A DNA stretch of 64,000 nucleotides from Halodesulfurarchaeum sp. GTDB taxonomy: Archaea; Halobacteriota; Halobacteria; Halobacteriales; Halobacteriaceae. The notes under the pieces were generated by a model, which was given only the letters and a program-made list of their open reading frames with translations, did no database searches and was not told where the DNA came from. The stretch covers positions 1,600,001-1,664,000 of the forward strand of contig JAXHNL010000002.1 in NCBI GenBank assembly GCA_034520565.1. The letters are read 5' to 3'. Both the position numbers and the translations under genes were made by a program. Below, one piece after another: positions 19,442 to 28,325 of the stretch (its first letter is position 1; every line of letters starts with the position of its first letter).

Positions 19442-20461
19442 ATGGACCAAATCGACGGCGGGATCGGGGGCGGGCAGGTTCTCCGACTCGCCGTTTCACT
19501 CGCCGCGTTGGGCGGCACCCCGATCACTGTCGAGAACGTTCGGGGAGGACGGGACGACCCGGGGTTGGGAGCCCAACACGTGGCGGCAATCGAGGCGGTC
19601 GCGGCCATCGCTGATGCGGATCTCGAGGGCGTCGAAGTCGGTTCGGAGACGGTTATCTTCGATCCGGGATCCCATATCGGCGGTGAGGCGTCGGTGGACG
19701 TCGGAACGGCCGGCAGCATTTCGTTGGTCTTCGACGCCGTCCTGCCGCTCGTTATGGCAGCCGACGATCCGATCGTATTGTACGCCACGGGTGGAACCGA
19801 CGTCAAATGGGCACCGCCGATCGACTATCTCCGGGAGGTCAAGTTCCCGGTTCTAGAGCAATTCGGACTCGACGCGACGATCGAAGCCGTTTCGCGAGGG
19901 TTTTACCCCCGAGGCGGTGGTTCGGCGACCCTGCGACTCGAACCCGGATCCATCGATCCGATATGGTGTGTCGATCGAGGCGACCTCGAGGCGATTTCGA
20001 TCCGTTCGATTGCGACTGCGGACCTCGCAGAGGCGAATGTCGCTGCCCGCCAAATCGATGGCGTCACCCAAACCCTGGAACCCGACATCACCGTGCCGAT
20101 TATCGAACAGACCGAACTCGTCGACGCGCCTTCGACAGGGACCTCGGTGCTCGTGGTGGCTCGATACGAGCGTTCAATGGCCGGGTTTTCGGCACTCGGC
20201 GAACCCGGGTTGCCAGCCGAGGAAGTAGGGAAAGCGGCCGCCGAGTCGTTTTTCGCGTTCCAGAACGGTGCCGGTGGGATTGATGAACACCTCGCCGACC
20301 AGTTACTCCCGTTTCTCGGCGTGGCCGGTGGCACCATTACGACGCCAAAACTGACGGATCACATCCGTTCGGCTGTCTCACTGCTGTCGGAGTTCGGCGA
20401 CGCAATCGATATCACGGAAGGTTCCCGACCGGTACGAATTGCGTCCGCACAGCAATCCTAG
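19442..20461 (+). CDS. rtcA: RNA 3'-terminal phosphate cyclase
   Basis: GGGQVLR, TAGSISLV, GGTDVKWAP, RGFYPRGGG and DEHLADQL (catalytic His); ATG at 19442. Confidence 0.93.
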   Translation: MDQIDGGIGGGQVLRLAVSLAALGGTPITVENVRGGRDDPGLGAQHVAAIEAVAAIADADLEGVEVGSETVIFDPGSHIGGEASVDVGTAGSISLVFDAVLPLVMAADDPIVLYATGGTDVKWAPPIDYLREVKFPVLEQFGLDATIEAVSRGFYPRGGGSATLRLEPGSIDPIWCVDRGDLEAISIRSIATADLAEANVAARQIDGVTQTLEPDITVPIIEQTELVDAPSTGTSVLVVARYERSMAGFSALGEPGLPAEEVGKAAAESFFAFQNGAGGIDEHLADQLLPFLGVAGGTITTPKLTDHIRSAVSLLSEFGDAIDITEGSRPVRIASAQQS

Positions 20462-20471
20462 CGGTCGAACA

Positions 20472-21372
20472 TCAGCGAGGATCGGCACCTTCCGGCTCGA
20501 CGGTAACGTTCGTCAGGTACGCCAGATCGTCCCGCAACAGTTCGATCTGTAGGGTCGCGTTGTAAATCACTGGCGTCTTTCTCGGATCTTCAGTCTCACC
20601 CGTAATCGGATCCGTCGATTTCTCCTTCGGCTTTATTCACTACCATGCGGAAGGTTCCCGTCGCATTCGTGCCGTTCCCGATCCAGAGATCGTAGGCCCC
20701 GGAAAACCCGTTCTGGAATTGCAGATCTGCCCAGGTCTCGTTTTCGATGGAGCCGTTCGTCGGTTGAATTTCGAGAGACCTTGTCGAGTACGAGCGCGAA
20801 CTCGTCTCGTTATGGGGCGTCTCCAGGAAAACGTCGAAGGTGGTTTCGTCTGATTGGTTCACGGCGAGTTCCCAACTTTCGGACCCGTCTGTGACATTGA
20901 ACACGAAGGTTGCATTCGTGTCGACGGCGGTCACATTCAACGTGCCCGCGCGTGTGTCTGTTATTCCCTCTGCGACCTGCCACGTCGAATTACCCCCGTC
21001 GTTTTCGAAATTCGTTCCATCCGACTGATTGAGGAGTGTTCCGTTGTGCGTTCGCATCAGGGTCACGTTTCGAAGCGTTCCCCGATTCAAGCCGTGGGCC
21101 AATTCGGCGTCGCTATACGTATCGATACGATCCCGATAGGTCGAAACGAGTGTCCCATAGCTCGATTCCTCCGCGTTGGTCTCCCGCAAGATCACGTCAC
21201 CCGTCTCGACGACGGAGTCGTGAAAGTCGACCGCGTCGTGGCCGTCGGTAGTCTCGCGAGTGGCCAGGTTTTCCGTGAAGATCGCGGTGTTGAGAATCAG
21301 TGCCAGTGCGACGAAGACGACTGCCATCGCGAAGGCGGCCACGAGCAACATTTGACCCCGCGATCGTCCCAT
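20472..21372 (-). CDS. Pilin-like secreted protein with class III-type signal (DUF7261-like); apparent +1 frameshift at 20599-20601
   Basis: MGRSRGQMLLVAAFAMAVVFVALALILN (RG/Q followed by a hydrophobic helix), with many N-x-S/T sequons. The ORF stops at 20596. Removing one base from CCC (20599-20601) adds ETEDPRKTPVIYNATLQIEL...VTVEPEGADPR, ending at TGA 20472. Confidence 0.72.
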
Positions 21373-21449
21373 GGACGCCCTTGATCGTTCGGGACGAAAA
21401 GGCTTCCCCGCCCGGCACTCCTTTGCCACATCCGCGTGTAAACGGCATC

Positions 21450-22361
21450 ATGCACGTCGCGGTCATCGGCGCTGGGGCGATCGGCTCGGCCCTCGCGGCT
21501 CACCTGTCACGGGCCAACCCAGTGACGCTCGTGGGACACGACAATTCGCACCTGCATGCCCTCGAAACCGGACCGCTAACCGTTCGAGAGGTCGATGGCT
21601 CGGTCACGTCGATGCAGGTCGACGTGACGACCGATCATGCCGACGTGGCGGCAGCCGATCTCCTCGTTCTTACCGTGAAGAGTTACGACACGGACGAGGC
21701 CCTTCTCGACGTCGAGCCGTCTCTCGAAAAAACGCCGGTACTGACGCTTCAAAACGGATTGGGCAATATCGAACGCATCCGCGAGTCAGTCGCTCCCGAA
21801 CAGGTGATCGGGGGAACCACCACGCTTGGAGCGTTCGTCCCCGAGCCGGGCACTGTTCGAATCGAAAGTTCCGGCGAAACGGTTATCGGCCGGCCCTGGG
21901 GAGATCGAGACCGTGTTCTAGAGCAAGTGGCAGAAACCTTCCAGTCCGCTGGCCTGCAAACCGAGATCGACGCACGGATCCGACGGCAAATCTGGCAAAA
22001 GGTGCTCGTCAACGTCGGGATCAACCCCGTTACCGCCCTGGGTGGGGTCCAAAACGGCTGCTTGCAATCCGGCCCCGGTCGTTCGCTCCTGGTATCGGCC
22101 ATCGAGGAAGCTCGAAACGTCTCCGAGGCCGAGGGATTCGTGATTGATTCCCCAGTCGAACGGGCGTTAGCGGTGGTCGAAGCGACGGGCGAAAACCGAT
22201 CGTCGATGCTCCGGGACCTCGAATCGAACTCGAAGACGGAGATCGACGCGTTGAACGGCGCAATCGTCGATCGGGCCGTCGAGCACGACATTTTGGTTCC
22301 GGTCAATCGCACCCTCACCGACGCGATCAAACTCCGGAGTGGACGTGGCCAAACGCCGTAA
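21450..22361 (+). CDS. panE: 2-dehydropantoate 2-reductase
   Basis: GAGAIG, VKSYD, LQNG, WQKVLVN and SSMLRD...TEIDALNG; ATG at 21450. Confidence 0.92.
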   Translation: MHVAVIGAGAIGSALAAHLSRANPVTLVGHDNSHLHALETGPLTVREVDGSVTSMQVDVTTDHADVAAADLLVLTVKSYDTDEALLDVEPSLEKTPVLTLQNGLGNIERIRESVAPEQVIGGTTTLGAFVPEPGTVRIESSGETVIGRPWGDRDRVLEQVAETFQSAGLQTEIDARIRRQIWQKVLVNVGINPVTALGGVQNGCLQSGPGRSLLVSAIEEARNVSEAEGFVIDSPVERALAVVEATGENRSSMLRDLESNSKTEIDALNGAIVDRAVEHDILVPVNRTLTDAIKLRSGRGQTP

Positions 22362-22408
22362 CAATCGGGGAGCGAATCCGTCAAATGCGCGGGAACTGTA
22401 CGAGGCCC

Positions 22409-23074
22409 ATGGCCAAACCGATCGCCGTCGACATCGATGGCACCCTCAGTCGTCCGGATCGGTCGATCGACCCCCGGATCATCGACGCCCTCGCCGCCTG
22501 GCCGGGCCCGGTCGCCATCGCGACCGGGAAGGCGCTCCCGTATCCAGTTGCACTCGCCCAGTACGTCGGAATCGACCCCATCGTCGTGGCGGAAAACGGC
22601 GGCGTCGCCGTCGCGAAAGACGCGTTGCAGGTCCACGGAGATCGAACAGCGGCGGACGAAGTCGCCGCCGAATACCAAGCTGCAGGACACGAGCTGGGAT
22701 TCGGTGAACCGGACCTCGCAAATCGGTGGCGGGAGACTGAAGTCGTCATCAGTCGAGAGCAACCGCTTGAACCGCTCGAAGCCATCGCGCGATCTCACGG
22801 CCTGAAGGTCGTCGATTCGGAGTACGCGTACCACGTCAAATCGCCGGACGTGGGCAAGGGACAGGCTTTCGTATCGATCGCAGAGCATCTCGGGTTCGAT
22901 CCGCAAACGGTGGTCGCAATCGGCGATTCACCGAACGACATCTCGCTTTTCGAGGTCGTCGGCACGTCGTTTGCCGTGGCGAACGCCACCGACGATGCCA
23001 AAGCGGCGGCAGATTCGGTTACCAGTGGTGCGTACGCGGACGGCTTTCTCGAGGCCCTGAACGAACTCCTCTGA
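22409..23074 (+). CDS. HAD-IIB phosphatase (archaeal phosphoglycolate phosphatase type)
   Basis: DIDGT, ATGK, AENGG and GDSPND motifs; ATG at 22409. Confidence 0.85.
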   Translation: MAKPIAVDIDGTLSRPDRSIDPRIIDALAAWPGPVAIATGKALPYPVALAQYVGIDPIVVAENGGVAVAKDALQVHGDRTAADEVAAEYQAAGHELGFGEPDLANRWRETEVVISREQPLEPLEAIARSHGLKVVDSEYAYHVKSPDVGKGQAFVSIAEHLGFDPQTVVAIGDSPNDISLFEVVGTSFAVANATDDAKAAADSVTSGAYADGFLEALNELL

Positions 23075-23124
23075 GAGGACGATCGAGACAACACTGTGAC
23101 AGCTCCGGAAAAAACTGGAAGGCC

Positions 23125-23517
23125 TTACTGCTCGCTTTGGGTTGTGGCTTCGTACTGATCGCGGAACTCGGTGATCAGTTGCCCCATTTTCGCGTACCAG
23201 TCGTTGAGCAGGCGTTGCATGTCGTCGGCGATCCGATCGGGATCGGTCGGTCGGTAGACGTGGTAGTACCCACCCTGCTCGTAGTTCACCTGTTCTTTCT
23301 GGATGAAACCGGACTGAAGGAGTCGCTGAACGGACCGATAGGCAGTGGATCGTTCTCGGTCGACCGCGTCGGCGATGTCGTCTACGGTCAGTGGATCCCG
23401 GGTGTCGTTGAGGACCATAAACACCTCTTTATCGAGTTCTTTGAGCCCATGCATGCACTCGAGGAGGCCCTCGCATTGCATGTCCTGAGAGAGATACTCG
23501 CTCATCGATTCTGACAT
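23125..23517 (-). CDS. TrmB-like HTH transcriptional regulator
   Basis: LTVDDIADAVDRERSTAYRSVQRL HTH and GGYYHVY wing. Confidence 0.85.
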   Translation of the reverse strand: MSESMSEYLSQDMQCEGLLECMHGLKELDKEVFMVLNDTRDPLTVDDIADAVDRERSTAYRSVQRLLQSGFIQKEQVNYEQGGYYHVYRPTDPDRIADDMQRLLNDWYAKMGQLITEFRDQYEATTQSEQ

Positions 23518-23708
23518 GGATATTGGGAGTTTGGTGCACCTCACTAAAAGGGTTGTGTCGAGGAAGTGGATTATCGGATCGATTTTTCCGCCGGCGACTG
23601 TCGGTATCGGCTTTTTCGGCCAATTTGGCCATCAGCCGGTTTCGAGATGATGTGTGGCCGCCCCAACCGCGCACATTAGACCCGGGATGGGATCTGATGA
23701 CCGATCCG

Positions 23709-24176
23709 TTAGGCCGAATCGGAATCCCAGTCCGGCACCGATTCGAGTCGCGCCCAAATCTCCGGCCCATCGACAGCCGTCCCATCTCGAATCCGGAACA
23801 ACACGGGTCCCTGGACGGCCGCTTCGTCGATATCGCCGACGAGGATCGTCGGAAGCGCTGCTGACTTGAAACCCTCCACGAACGTCCAGTCGACGGTTCG
23901 CGTGGCGAGGTCCTCGAGTGTGTCCTGAATTGTCACGCCGTCGTTTTTGCCTTCCGTCCGAAACTCCGCCGTTTGTGACGGTGTGATGCCGAGGACGACA
24001 TCTGCGCCGGCCGAACGGTGACGATGGGTGTCGGTCCCCGGCGTGTCGAACTCGACTTCGTGATGAATCGATTTGATCGTCGCGACCGCACTCCCCTCGG
24101 GTACGGCCTGGAGCAACGTCTCGATCAACGAGGTCTTCCCAGCGTTGCGATTGCCGGCAACCGAGACGACCTTCAT
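23709..24176 (-). CDS. mobB: Molybdopterin-guanine dinucleotide biosynthesis protein B
   Basis: Walker A GNRNAGKT, IKSIHH, DTPGTDTHRH and VEGFK. Confidence 0.9.
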   Translation of the reverse strand: MKVVSVAGNRNAGKTSLIETLLQAVPEGSAVATIKSIHHEVEFDTPGTDTHRHRSAGADVVLGITPSQTAEFRTEGKNDGVTIQDTLEDLATRTVDWTFVEGFKSAALPTILVGDIDEAAVQGPVLFRIRDGTAVDGPEIWARLESVPDWDSDSA

Positions 24177-24348
24177 GTCCGTGGTTCAGCATCCGATCTA
24201 CTTACTTGCTCCGAGTCTTTTTCAGTGGATACCGTCAACCGTCGTCCCCTGTATCGAAACCCGGTGGACGAAGTGACGCCGAGAAACCCGTGATCGTTTT
24301 CGGCGTCCGGAGCGGAAACATTTCAACCCTGGGGACCACCGTTTAGGT

Positions 24349-25416
24349 ATGAAACGGGCGATAGGAGTGTTACTTCTCATTGTGACCCTCCTCGTCGGTG
24401 GGGTGGTTTCACCGGCGATTGCAGGCGCGACGTTCGGTTCGGACACCGAACAGGTCGGCGACCTCGAAACCGACCTCGTGATCATCCAGGCGACAGTTTC
24501 GGACGCAGGATCCGCAGACTTCCAGATCCAGTATGCCATCGAACTGGCCGACGAAAACGAGAGCGAGGCCTTCGACGACCTCGCGGCGGACATCGAAGCG
24601 AACGAATCGGCGTATCTGAGTCGGTTTGCGGATCGAATGAACGCGACCGTCGACGCTGCCGAAACGACGACCGGACGGAGTATGACGGTCGGGGATTTCG
24701 CCGTCGCGACGAATCGAACGACTCTCGGGAAAGAGTACGGGCTGGTCACGTATTCGGCCACCTGGACGAACTTCGCGAACGCGTCCGGTGATCAATTGCT
24801 GATCGGGGATGCCCTAGAGGGACTGTTCATCGATCAGGACACGCGCTTTGTCGTCCGGTGGAGCGAGACCTATCGACTCGAGTCAGTGACACCGAGCCCA
24901 ACTGAATCGACTGACGGAGAGATCGTCTGGAAAGGGCCTCGAGAGTTCGACTCCGGGGAGCCGTCGGTGACGCTCGCCCCGACGGTCGAAGAAACCGAGC
25001 CGAGTCCTACGACCCAAGCACCTCCGAATGCTGAGGGTGGGATACCCTGGTCGCTCCTCGGTGTCGGGATCGTGATTGTGTTACTGATCGCCGGGTTCTG
25101 GTACCGGCGGAATGGGGGTTTCCAGGGGGATTCGGCAAGCACGCCGGGTGGCGGAGCTGGAACACAAGGTGAAGCGTCGGGGACGGGCGATAGTGAACCA
25201 CCGGCCGAACTCCTGAGCAACGAGGAGCGAGTCGAACAGTATCTCGAATCGGTCGGTGGACGATCGAAACAACAGGAAATCGTCGAGGCCCTGGACTGGA
25301 CGGAAGCGAAGACGAGCCAAGTGCTCTCAGAGATGAAAGAGGCCGGTACGATTGAGAAATTCCGAATCGGCCGGGAAAACGTGGTGAAACTCGCGGACGC
25401 AGAAGACGACGATTGA
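24349..25416 (+). CDS. Membrane-anchored protein: signal peptide, extracellular domain, TM helix, C-terminal winged HTH
   Basis: N-terminal hydrophobic signal, TM segment WSLLGVGIVIVLLIAGFWY and C-terminal GGRSKQQEIVEALDWTEAKTSQVLSEM...FRIGRENVV. The stop TGA (25414-25416) is supplied by the IS end. Confidence 0.82.
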   Translation: MKRAIGVLLLIVTLLVGGVVSPAIAGATFGSDTEQVGDLETDLVIIQATVSDAGSADFQIQYAIELADENESEAFDDLAADIEANESAYLSRFADRMNATVDAAETTTGRSMTVGDFAVATNRTTLGKEYGLVTYSATWTNFANASGDQLLIGDALEGLFIDQDTRFVVRWSETYRLESVTPSPTESTDGEIVWKGPREFDSGEPSVTLAPTVEETEPSPTTQAPPNAEGGIPWSLLGVGIVIVLLIAGFWYRRNGGFQGDSASTPGGGAGTQGEASGTGDSEPPAELLSNEERVEQYLESVGGRSKQQEIVEALDWTEAKTSQVLSEMKEAGTIEKFRIGRENVVKLADAEDDD

Positions 25417-25620
25417 CATCCTCCCCGCCCTGAAGGGCGAGGATTCCCACGGCACCGCGCCGCTGGGTTGGGATATTGTGGTTTACGACGTGACCTGTTC
25501 TTGAGGCGCGAATGCGCCAGTTTCCTTGTCAAACAAGAACGTCGATGGCTGTGCCAACCAGCCGTTACTCCTATCACCGCCATCCGTGGCGGGACTCGGA
25601 GATACTTTCTGTCGAATGTT
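25393..25620 (-). ncRNA. Predicted TnpB omega/reRNA (sotRNA-like): scaffold over the tnpB 3' end and right end, with flanking guide
   Basis: Inferred from established TnpB biology. The guide would be the flank beyond TCAA, 5'-UCGUCGUCUUCUGCGUCCGC. The 5' boundary is a guess. Confidence 0.55.
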
Positions 25621-26907
25621 CTCGGCACCGTTCACATCTGCGTTCGCCACCGTACCGCACTTATCGCACACGTACAACCCGCGTTCGACGCGGTTCGCCT
25701 TCCGCGTGCGACCACAGTACGAACACGATTTCGACGTATCGCGTTCGGACACCCGCTCAACCGTGATGCCTTCCATCTCGGCCTTGTATTCGAGCAAGTC
25801 AGTGAAGCGGTCGAACGCCCACGAGTGCAAGTCGAGGTTGCCGTGCTTACCCCAGTTCTTCGACTCGTCGTTCTCCTCATCCTCACGGATGCCGGAGAGG
25901 TCACCGATCACAATCGTCCCAACGCTCTCCTCAACACACCGCTGAACGATGTGTTTCGAGAGCGTGTGGAAGTAGTGCGTGCGGCGCTCCGATTTCTTCT
26001 GGTTCAACCGCGTGGCTTGCTCGGAGTTCGAGTCGTCACACCGAGCGATCCGCTTGCTGAAGTAGTAGTCGTCCTGCTTCAGACAGTTGAGCGGATACAG
26101 CTCCGCGTGGCCGTCCTCGTAGGCGAGCGCAGCGAAGTTGTTGATTCCGAGATCAACACCGACCGTCTTCTCGCCGGGAGATTCGGCTACCTCAATCTCG
26201 ACGTTACAGACGAAGTGCAACTCCCATTCATCGCCAGTCCAGACGGCCCGCACTTGCTGGACGTTCTCCACGGCAGAGAGGTCAACGTCGGGCCGACGTC
26301 TGGTACTTACAGAGGATGAAGTCCGACCAGTACTCCTTGAGGTTCGACCCTTGGAGAGTCGGACGCGGTTGTACTGGGTGTCGAGTTTGAAGCCAGCGGC
26401 TTTGAACGTCACCGTGCTTCGCGGGTGTTCGTTGCCGTGTTTGCGGTAGCCGGGCGGGTTCGCTCTCGTGTCTCCGTTGCGTCGTTTGCCGTACCAGCCG
26501 TTAAACGCCTCAGCGAGTTCTTGGAGGACTCGCTGACTTGACTGAGAATGCAGGTCATCGTAGCGTTCGTGCGACTTCAGGTAGGCGGTGAGTTCGCTGT
26601 GGTTTGGAATGTGACCGATTTCATCCCAAACCCGACTGCACGTCCACCGTCCGACGTTCCAGAGTTTCGAGGCTGCGAACCCAAGGGCGTCAAGGTCGTC
26701 AGACACCCGTGACTGATTCCGAATGGAAGCAGTATAGGTGCGTGTGACGACCTTTTTCGCCATACGTAACCTATGTAGATAATCCTACTTAAAGGCGAGC
26801 ATTCGGGTAGCGTGGAATATCCTGCCGTGCCATCGATCGGTGGATCGTGTCAGGAGTTGTCGGATTCATCCCCGCCCTGAAGCGCGGGGCTTTCTCCTTG
26901 ATTCTCC
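25413..26907 (-). mobile_element. IS200/IS605-family (IS1341-type, tnpB-only) insertion sequence, 1495 bp
   Basis: On the minus strand, the target TTAC (26908-26911) precedes the left end, which has an AAAG guide plus a hairpin (26870-26889). The right end has a GAAT guide, a hairpin (about 25418-25444) and terminal TCAA (25413-25416). These match IS608-type GL/CL and GR/CR motifs. No tnpA and no target duplication. Confidence 0.93.
25483..26763 (-). CDS. tnpB: RNA-guided endonuclease TnpB
   Basis: N-terminal HTH (SKLWN), RuvC-I GVDLG, IGDLSGI, ERDTSKSCSYC...CDKC Zn finger and RuvC-III NADVNGAENI. Confidence 0.95.
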   Translation of the reverse strand: MAKKVVTRTYTASIRNQSRVSDDLDALGFAASKLWNVGRWTCSRVWDEIGHIPNHSELTAYLKSHERYDDLHSQSSQRVLQELAEAFNGWYGKRRNGDTRANPPGYRKHGNEHPRSTVTFKAAGFKLDTQYNRVRLSKGRTSRSTGRTSSSVSTRRRPDVDLSAVENVQQVRAVWTGDEWELHFVCNVEIEVAESPGEKTVGVDLGINNFAALAYEDGHAELYPLNCLKQDDYYFSKRIARCDDSNSEQATRLNQKKSERRTHYFHTLSKHIVQRCVEESVGTIVIGDLSGIREDEENDESKNWGKHGNLDLHSWAFDRFTDLLEYKAEMEGITVERVSERDTSKSCSYCGRTRKANRVERGLYVCDKCGTVANADVNGAENIRQKVSPSPATDGGDRSNGWLAQPSTFLFDKETGAFAPQEQVTS

Positions 26908-27024
26908 GTAAAAGAGCCGTCCGACGTTCATGATCCCGATAGGTTCTGTACGGTATTATGATTCCGGATCCGAGAACGATTCGGCCGGAGAACGTTTTCA
27001 AACCAACGGGATCCGAGCGGCACC

Positions 27025-28200
27025 CTACTCCGTACTCGAGCCATCGTCGACGACCCGGAACCCACCGGTTTCGGCCCGACCAGTGAGTTCCCGCTGTGGG
27101 AACGGGATCTTGATGTCTTCCTCCACGAAGGCCGCAGATACGGCTTTGATGGATTCGCTCGTCGCCAACGCCCGGCGGCGGGCACTCGGTTTGTCGATCC
27201 AGAAACGGAGTTCCAGGACGATCGCCGAATCGTCGAAGCGACTCGTCACGACCCGCGGTCTGGGAACTGAAAGAACCCGCTCCACGTCGAGAAGTGCCGC
27301 TTCCGCGACCTCGCTTGCATGCTCGGGATCGGCCTCGTAATCGATCCCGACCTCCACGCGTAACCGAAGTCTGCCTTTCATCGTTCGGTTGATGATCGTC
27401 GAATTGCCGACCAAGTCGTTCGGGAGTGCGATGAGTTCGCCGTCGAAGTTCTCCATCCGGGTGTTCACGATAGTGATCTCGGTGACGATGCCCTCGTTTT
27501 CGCCGATCTGCACCCAGTCGCCGATTTCGAAGGGCCGAGAGAGCATCAACACGAAACCAGCGATAAGCGCACCGAGTGTCTGCTGGGCGGCGAGACCGGC
27601 CACGATACCGATGAATCCCGCCCCGACGATGAGACCGCCAAGATCGACGCCCCAGAGGGAGAGCGCGACGATCGTGGCCGCTATCAAGAAGATGATCTGG
27701 AGGACCCGCAACCAGATCTCTTCCTGGTGGGGTGATATTTTATCGGATCGTTTCGTTATCTCCGCGACCCATCCATGCAGGACACCCATCCCGGAGTAAG
27801 CACCAACGAGCAGGAGAAGTGTGACAAACGCCTTGAGGAACAACGACAGCGGAATGGAGAGGTCGCCGAGATACGTCAGCACGGGATCGATTTCGCCCCA
27901 GATTGCGAGCAAAACGAAGCTCGCGACGATGGCCAGGCCGAATTGCACGAAGCGAACGATCGCGTGACCGAACCCCCAGCCGGATTCCTTGATGCGAACC
28001 ACGTCCAGAATCGGTTCCAATCCGACCAAAGCCATCACTCGTTTCAACACCCATCGCAATAGTGCGATCAGGCGGGGAACCACGATCCAGATCGCGAAAA
28101 CCGAGAGTAACACGACTGCAACCGTGAGTTCGATTCGCATTTCGATCGAACCGGCATTCCGGAGAAGTTCGAGTACGTTCGAGCCGAAACCCAACGCCAT
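27025..28200 (-). CDS. mscS: Small-conductance mechanosensitive channel
   Basis: GLAAQQTLG, RPFEIGDWV, GIVTEI, LPND and IKIPFPQR. Confidence 0.93.
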   Translation of the reverse strand: MALGFGSNVLELLRNAGSIEMRIELTVAVVLLSVFAIWIVVPRLIALLRWVLKRVMALVGLEPILDVVRIKESGWGFGHAIVRFVQFGLAIVASFVLLAIWGEIDPVLTYLGDLSIPLSLFLKAFVTLLLLVGAYSGMGVLHGWVAEITKRSDKISPHQEEIWLRVLQIIFLIAATIVALSLWGVDLGGLIVGAGFIGIVAGLAAQQTLGALIAGFVLMLSRPFEIGDWVQIGENEGIVTEITIVNTRMENFDGELIALPNDLVGNSTIINRTMKGRLRLRVEVGIDYEADPEHASEVAEAALLDVERVLSVPRPRVVTSRFDDSAIVLELRFWIDKPSARRRALATSESIKAVSAAFVEEDIKIPFPQRELTGRAETGGFRVVDDGSSTE

Positions 28201-28325
28201 TATCGGGACGTGGAGGGGGATCTACTTAGTGGTGCTGGCAAGCGGCCCGGCCTTTTCGATCTCGCCGGTTCGATTCGGTGTTCGTCGTTGGGAAAGTTCT
28301 TAATCGCGCTCTCGTTTCATTGGGT

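Noticed and set aside
26764-26907. Possible tnpA in the IS left region
   Set aside because: Only 144 bp with no HUH/Y1 ORF; the element is non-autonomous.
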